The position numbers were made by a program, and so were the translations under genes. A model generated the notes under the pieces. That model was not told the origin of the DNA. It saw only the letters and a list, made by a program, of their open reading frames with translations, and made no database searches. A DNA stretch of 64,000 bases from Coniocarpon cinnabarinum (taxonomy: Eukaryota), in the NCBI GenBank assembly GCA_051942205.1, contig JAVECO010000015.1, positions 124,001 to 188,000 of the forward strand. The letters are read 5' to 3'. Numbering within the stretch: position 1 is the stretch's first letter; every line of letters starts with the position of its first letter. Shown here piece after piece: positions 60,092 through 64,000 of the stretch.

Positions 60092-62197
60092 CTACGCAAC
60101 ATTTCCCGCCAAACCGACGACAACCGCCTGCACCAAAACTTGCAACCCCCACCACCCTACCTTCTTGATCCTCTGCATGCGCTTCTCCTGATCCGCCACG
60201 CCCTCAGCAAATGCATCATAAACCTCCTTACTCACATCCTCCATCAATCCCGAATCGTAAACCGTCCAACTGCCCTCAAAATCGGAGTGCGGCTTCACGA
60301 CGCGACAGGTGATAGGGATGAAGGCGCGCTGCGAGTTGATGTAGGCGACGATGGGGCGGACGAGCGCGTTGTTGACGTAGGATAGGGACGGGGTGAAGAG
60401 GGGGATATTGGCCTGCACATCGTTAAGGTGGACGCGCATGTCCATTACGAGCCAGTTTTGGGCTTCGCGGGGGCTTCTGCTGTCCAGACCGCTATCAGCG
60501 GAGGATGGAACATCGTTTGCGTTTGACTGCATGGCCCTGGACGTGGACGGCAGTGGATGGCCAAAGCGAGACTTGCTGACTGATTCTTCAAGCTTATCGT
60601 AGAATTCTTGAACGACCTTGGCGAGGCTTGCGTCTGTGTTATCAGGAAACATGACGTCAGCTACGATGTCCACGTTGCCTTCTTGTATCCAGCCAAAAGG
60701 CCCTTCGATGCCGCGATTGAGGTGATCGATGTTTAATCCGTCGACGCGCACACGCGATTGTTTCTTCCATTGTCCTGGCGGCGCATTGGGAGAGGGTGCT
60801 GTGGGCAGCGTTGCACCGGTGAAGCTATGCAGTTGACGAGGGTGGATGAAGAATGCGCTTCCGTCAAAGGATCCAGACATGTTGTTCGCGCTGAGCAGAT
60901 CATAGAAGAGCCATTGTTTCCTCAGCTGAGGCAGATCTGCGGAAAAGATGGATACCGAGAAGGGGCGAAAGCCGCGTGGTTGATGTACGGACACGAGCAG
61001 GTCATCAAGCTTGAAGCTTTCAAGCTCGAAGTCCCCTGTATGAGGTTCGTGGCGGTAGGTCTTCGGGTCGACGTACTCATCAGGGTAATGAACTGAAGTC
61101 CTGTCAACAACGCCACGCACGCCGCGCATTGAGACATCTTTGAGCATGCCGTGTCCATTGAACCACTTCGCAAAAGAGAGCGTCACGTTCACACTCTCAA
61201 TGGAGACGTCAAACTGGGTGTAGTTGGTATCTTCTTCGTCTTCGCCTTGACCAGATGGAGTCTTCGCTGCAGCGGCAATCGCAGCGGCAGAGCTTGAGGA
61301 TCCTTTGCTGACATTGGCTTTCCCCTGTCCCGGTCGTCTTGAGACAAAGACATTATTGAACGTGATGACACCATCTTTCCATGTAGGCACCACAGCAGAC
61401 TCGAAGACCACCTTGATACCAGAGGACTTGGTCAGGTAGTTGCCAATCCAGCCAGCCAGTGTCTCTTGAGCAAAGACTGTGTTGACAGCGAAAATGAGTA
61501 GCGAGCAGAACGTCGTTGTTCCCACAAGAATCCAAATGAGATGGCCAGCAAGAGTCCATGTCACAAAAGCACTGATATCGTCGATATTGAATGGGCGCAG
61601 GCTGCGAATGCTGAACCATTTGAAGCGCACTCGTAGCCGCGACCAGAACCCGGTGGCAGCTGCGAGAAGCTCTTCTTTGCTTGGACGATGAAAACGGTGT
61701 GACAGCTCTGGCAATCGATTGAGAATATAGTTCTGCTCATTGCTCGTCGCGGGTGATGAAGCACCTTTTGCTTTACTGTTAGAGCCAGCCCCAATGGACT
61801 CAGCTGGCCGATCTTGCGGGCCAATCTGCTTGTGTCTTCTTGCTAGATTGCTCGCCCATCTTTGACTTATACATGATCGTCTTCGAGCTGGATGGAACAG
61901 CGTCAAGTTGGATCGTGTAAGGAGCGGGCGCAATGATGCTGGTGTCGTGTAACTTGAAAACCCTTGAGCTTGGGACGGGCTCAACGAGGACGTCGGTGGC
62001 TTGGAGAGGTGGAAGCCAGTATTTGGAGAGGATCGAGGCGAAGATGAGACATGATGGAATGTTTGTTTGGTCACCAGTGACAAAGATCGAGCGGCGAATG
62101 GTGTTTGAGGTAGGGCGTCGCGAAAGCGGAGCGGTGCAAATTTGGCGCCATTGCATGCGGCAGCAGCGATATGTCTGCCTGTGCTCACAGCTTTCAT
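60092..62197 (-). CDS. MDM31: Mitochondrial distribution and morphology protein 31
   Basis: Presequence, HRPSKEELLAAATGFWSRLRVRFKWFSIRS.RPFNIDDISAF, NTVFAQE, NYTQFD, LPQLRKQWLFYD, NNALVRPIVAYIN. Confidence 0.95.
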   Translation of the reverse strand: MKAVSTGRHIAAAACNGAKFAPLRFRDALPQTPFAARSLSLVTKQTFHHVSSSPRSSPNTGFHLSKPPTSSLSPSQAQGFSSYTTPASLRPLLTRSNLTLFHPARRRSCISQRWASNLARRHKQIGPQDRPAESIGAGSNSKAKGASSPATSNEQNYILNRLPELSHRFHRPSKEELLAAATGFWSRLRVRFKWFSIRSLRPFNIDDISAFVTWTLAGHLIWILVGTTTFCSLLIFAVNTVFAQETLAGWIGNYLTKSSGIKVVFESAVVPTWKDGVITFNNVFVSRRPGQGKANVSKGSSSSAAAIAAAAKTPSGQGEDEEDTNYTQFDVSIESVNVTLSFAKWFNGHGMLKDVSMRGVRGVVDRTSVHYPDEYVDPKTYRHEPHTGDFELESFKLDDLLVSVHQPRGFRPFSVSIFSADLPQLRKQWLFYDLLSANNMSGSFDGSAFFIHPRQLHSFTGATLPTAPSPNAPPGQWKKQSRVRVDGLNIDHLNRGIEGPFGWIQEGNVDIVADVMFPDNTDASLAKVVQEFYDKLEESVSKSRFGHPLPSTSRAMQSNANDVPSSADSGLDSRSPREAQNWLVMDMRVHLNDVQANIPLFTPSLSYVNNALVRPIVAYINSQRAFIPITCRVVKPHSDFEGSWTVYDSGLMEDVSKEVYDAFAEGVADQEKRMQRIKKVGWWGLQVLVQAVVVGLAGNVA

Positions 62198-62610
62198 CAC
62201 CAGTATTGGGGCATGTTGGATGCAAGTTGAAGAAACGAAGGTACAATGGGCCAACAGCAAAGACAATAGATGCAGTCATCTTGCATATGATGGCTGACTA
62301 AGCAAAGCACGGACATTTTCCAAGATCATATTCAGCAACCATTGAAATGTTGCAGACGACTCAACTGCTCGTTTACTATCGGATGCTTAGATGCGACTGA
62401 AGGCCGGCAGAGAATTCTCAGCCTACTAACAAAAGGTGTGAGGGCAATAGGTGAAGCCAGTGTCTTTTGGGAATGCAGACCAATCGTCCTATCCAATAGG
62501 TGTATGTTCATATCCCGTGTGGACGCCGCATAATACCCTTTTTGCAATCCAATAAAGCGTTGTGTCGGTGGAACGCAACTGCTATAACACCTATGGTCCA
62601 CAGTGTGCAG

Positions 62611-64000
62611 CTATACTTTCCTCAGACTGGGTAGCACCTTGGTTACGTCGTAAAGCGGCTTAATGCGTTGTAACTTCCCTGTCTTCTTGTCCGTTCCCGT
62701 TCTCGTCCCGGCAGAGTTTGTGCTGGTGGCCGGAGGATTTGCGATCTGCGCGTGATGCTGCATGCGGTCCTTGTTGAGACCTAGGCCAGAGTCAGGGACT
62801 GGATCGTGCTGCATTGACCAGTCGGGAACGCCCCGTCTCTCAGAAGATGCTCTTGCTTCCTCTGCAGAAAAGGCTGAAGAGATGGCGCTCCATGCCAACC
62901 TTTTGGCTTCTCGAATGCCCAACTGATGCTCTAGGCCAGGGTTGGGCTCCATGGACTCTTCTCGGATCTCGCAATCTTCCCATTGGTCAACAATTTTTGC
63001 TCTATCACGAGTCCTAGAAATCTTATTCGAATAAGAGCTCAGTCTCGGGCTCGGACGCGGAGGAAGCACAAAGACAGAGGCTCTGGAGGTGACAGTTGTA
63101 GGCGCTTGTGCTGAAGTAGATGTTGGGGGGTCCGTGAGTTGCGTCGAGAAGACATCTTCTACTGGCGCAGGTGTTCGGGGAACGCTTGTCCCGGCGTGCA
63201 CACCCGACTTTGTCGTTACGACATGAGGAGTAACAAACATGTTGCCGCCAGACGTACGATGTGCCTTTGGACTAGGGGTGATGGAAACGTTGTCATACCA
63301 TTTGCGTGATGCTGAAGCATCCCCATTCTTCGCACCATTATGACCGGATGCCTCACTCCTCGCTGTCTCGTAAGGATCAGAAGCGGCAGAAGCATAGGAC
63401 TCAGTTTCGCTAGCGCGGCGTCTGATTGGAGTAGAAGGTGTGAAAGCATGGCTCGTGTCGTGATACTGAGGTGGCGGCGAAACACTTCTGGAGTTCGAAG
63501 AGGAGTTGGAGAACATGCATCCGCGCCTGGCATTGCTCTCTTTCATGTTTCTGAGTAAATTATTAGGTGGTTTACTGACCCGCTTATTTTGTGAGGTGAG
63601 TTCGATGTCCTGAGACCTCGACAATGGCCCTTGGTCTGTAATCGGAAAAGCTCTATGATCGCATTTCGGGTGGCTGGCAGACGTGCTAACAAGGCCCATA
63701 GATTCTGGAACTGTTCTGGAATCTGATGGCGCCTTTATCGGCCTGATGAGCTTATCCACTCGGTGAGAATCCTGGCCTTCATGATGCCGGTATGACTCCG
63801 CATGTTGCTTGTCTTCCGGAATGCAAGTGGTGCGCATTCGAGGTTTGACTTGATGCGCTTCACTGTTTAGCGCACCACCTGTGCCAGAATCTTCATGAAG
63901 CTCAGTATCTTCACGCGAAGACGCTCTGGTCCCGTGATTCACAGTTGCCGGACGTGGGCTGCTCCCCTGGGCTGAACCATGCTCTCGCTGTGCTTCAATG
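62611..64000 (-). CDS. Partial (3' end) low-complexity hypothetical protein
   Basis: Frame open from the window edge to the stop at 62611; Ser/Pro/Thr-rich; no recognisable domain. Confidence 0.65.
   Translation of the reverse strand, partial: IEAQREHGSAQGSSPRPATVNHGTRASSREDTELHEDSGTGGALNSEAHQVKPRMRTTCIPEDKQHAESYRHHEGQDSHRVDKLIRPIKAPSDSRTVPESMGLVSTSASHPKCDHRAFPITDQGPLSRSQDIELTSQNKRVSKPPNNLLRNMKESNARRGCMFSNSSSNSRSVSPPPQYHDTSHAFTPSTPIRRRASETESYASAASDPYETARSEASGHNGAKNGDASASRKWYDNVSITPSPKAHRTSGGNMFVTPHVVTTKSGVHAGTSVPRTPAPVEDVFSTQLTDPPTSTSAQAPTTVTSRASVFVLPPRPSPRLSSYSNKISRTRDRAKIVDQWEDCEIREESMEPNPGLEHQLGIREAKRLAWSAISSAFSAEEARASSERRGVPDWSMQHDPVPDSGLGLNKDRMQHHAQIANPPATSTNSAGTRTGTDKKTGKLQRIKPLYDVTKVLPSLRKV

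Overview
Eukaryotic, gene-dense DNA from a filamentous ascomycete (Pezizomycotina-type): short spliceosomal introns with CTRAC branch sites, no operons. Most of the window is core housekeeping genes (BET2, a RhoGAP, RSM23/DAP3, CCT2, IRE1, RRS1, UBX5, ECM29, SDH2, RPB11, PAN1, MDM31), plus an aldo-keto reductase, a nitronate monooxygenase, a short Zn2Cys6 factor and small multi-exon genes missed by the ORF track. An accessory-looking block lies between PAN1 and MDM31 (about 46-59.5 kb). It holds two secreted peptidases, a 139-bp hAT-type MITE, and the most interesting feature, a head-to-head pair with ATGs 350 bp apart. One gene encodes a 633-aa protein with a HeLo-like N-terminus and a degenerate kinase-like C-terminus (MLKL-like layout). 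The other encodes a 1178-aa AcuF-like zinc-finger scaffold carrying three apparently borrowed nuclear-regulator modules. I infer this is a candidate sensor/executor allorecognition or immune module with integrated decoy domains. Exon structures were worked out by hand and family names come from motif recognition; no database searches were run.
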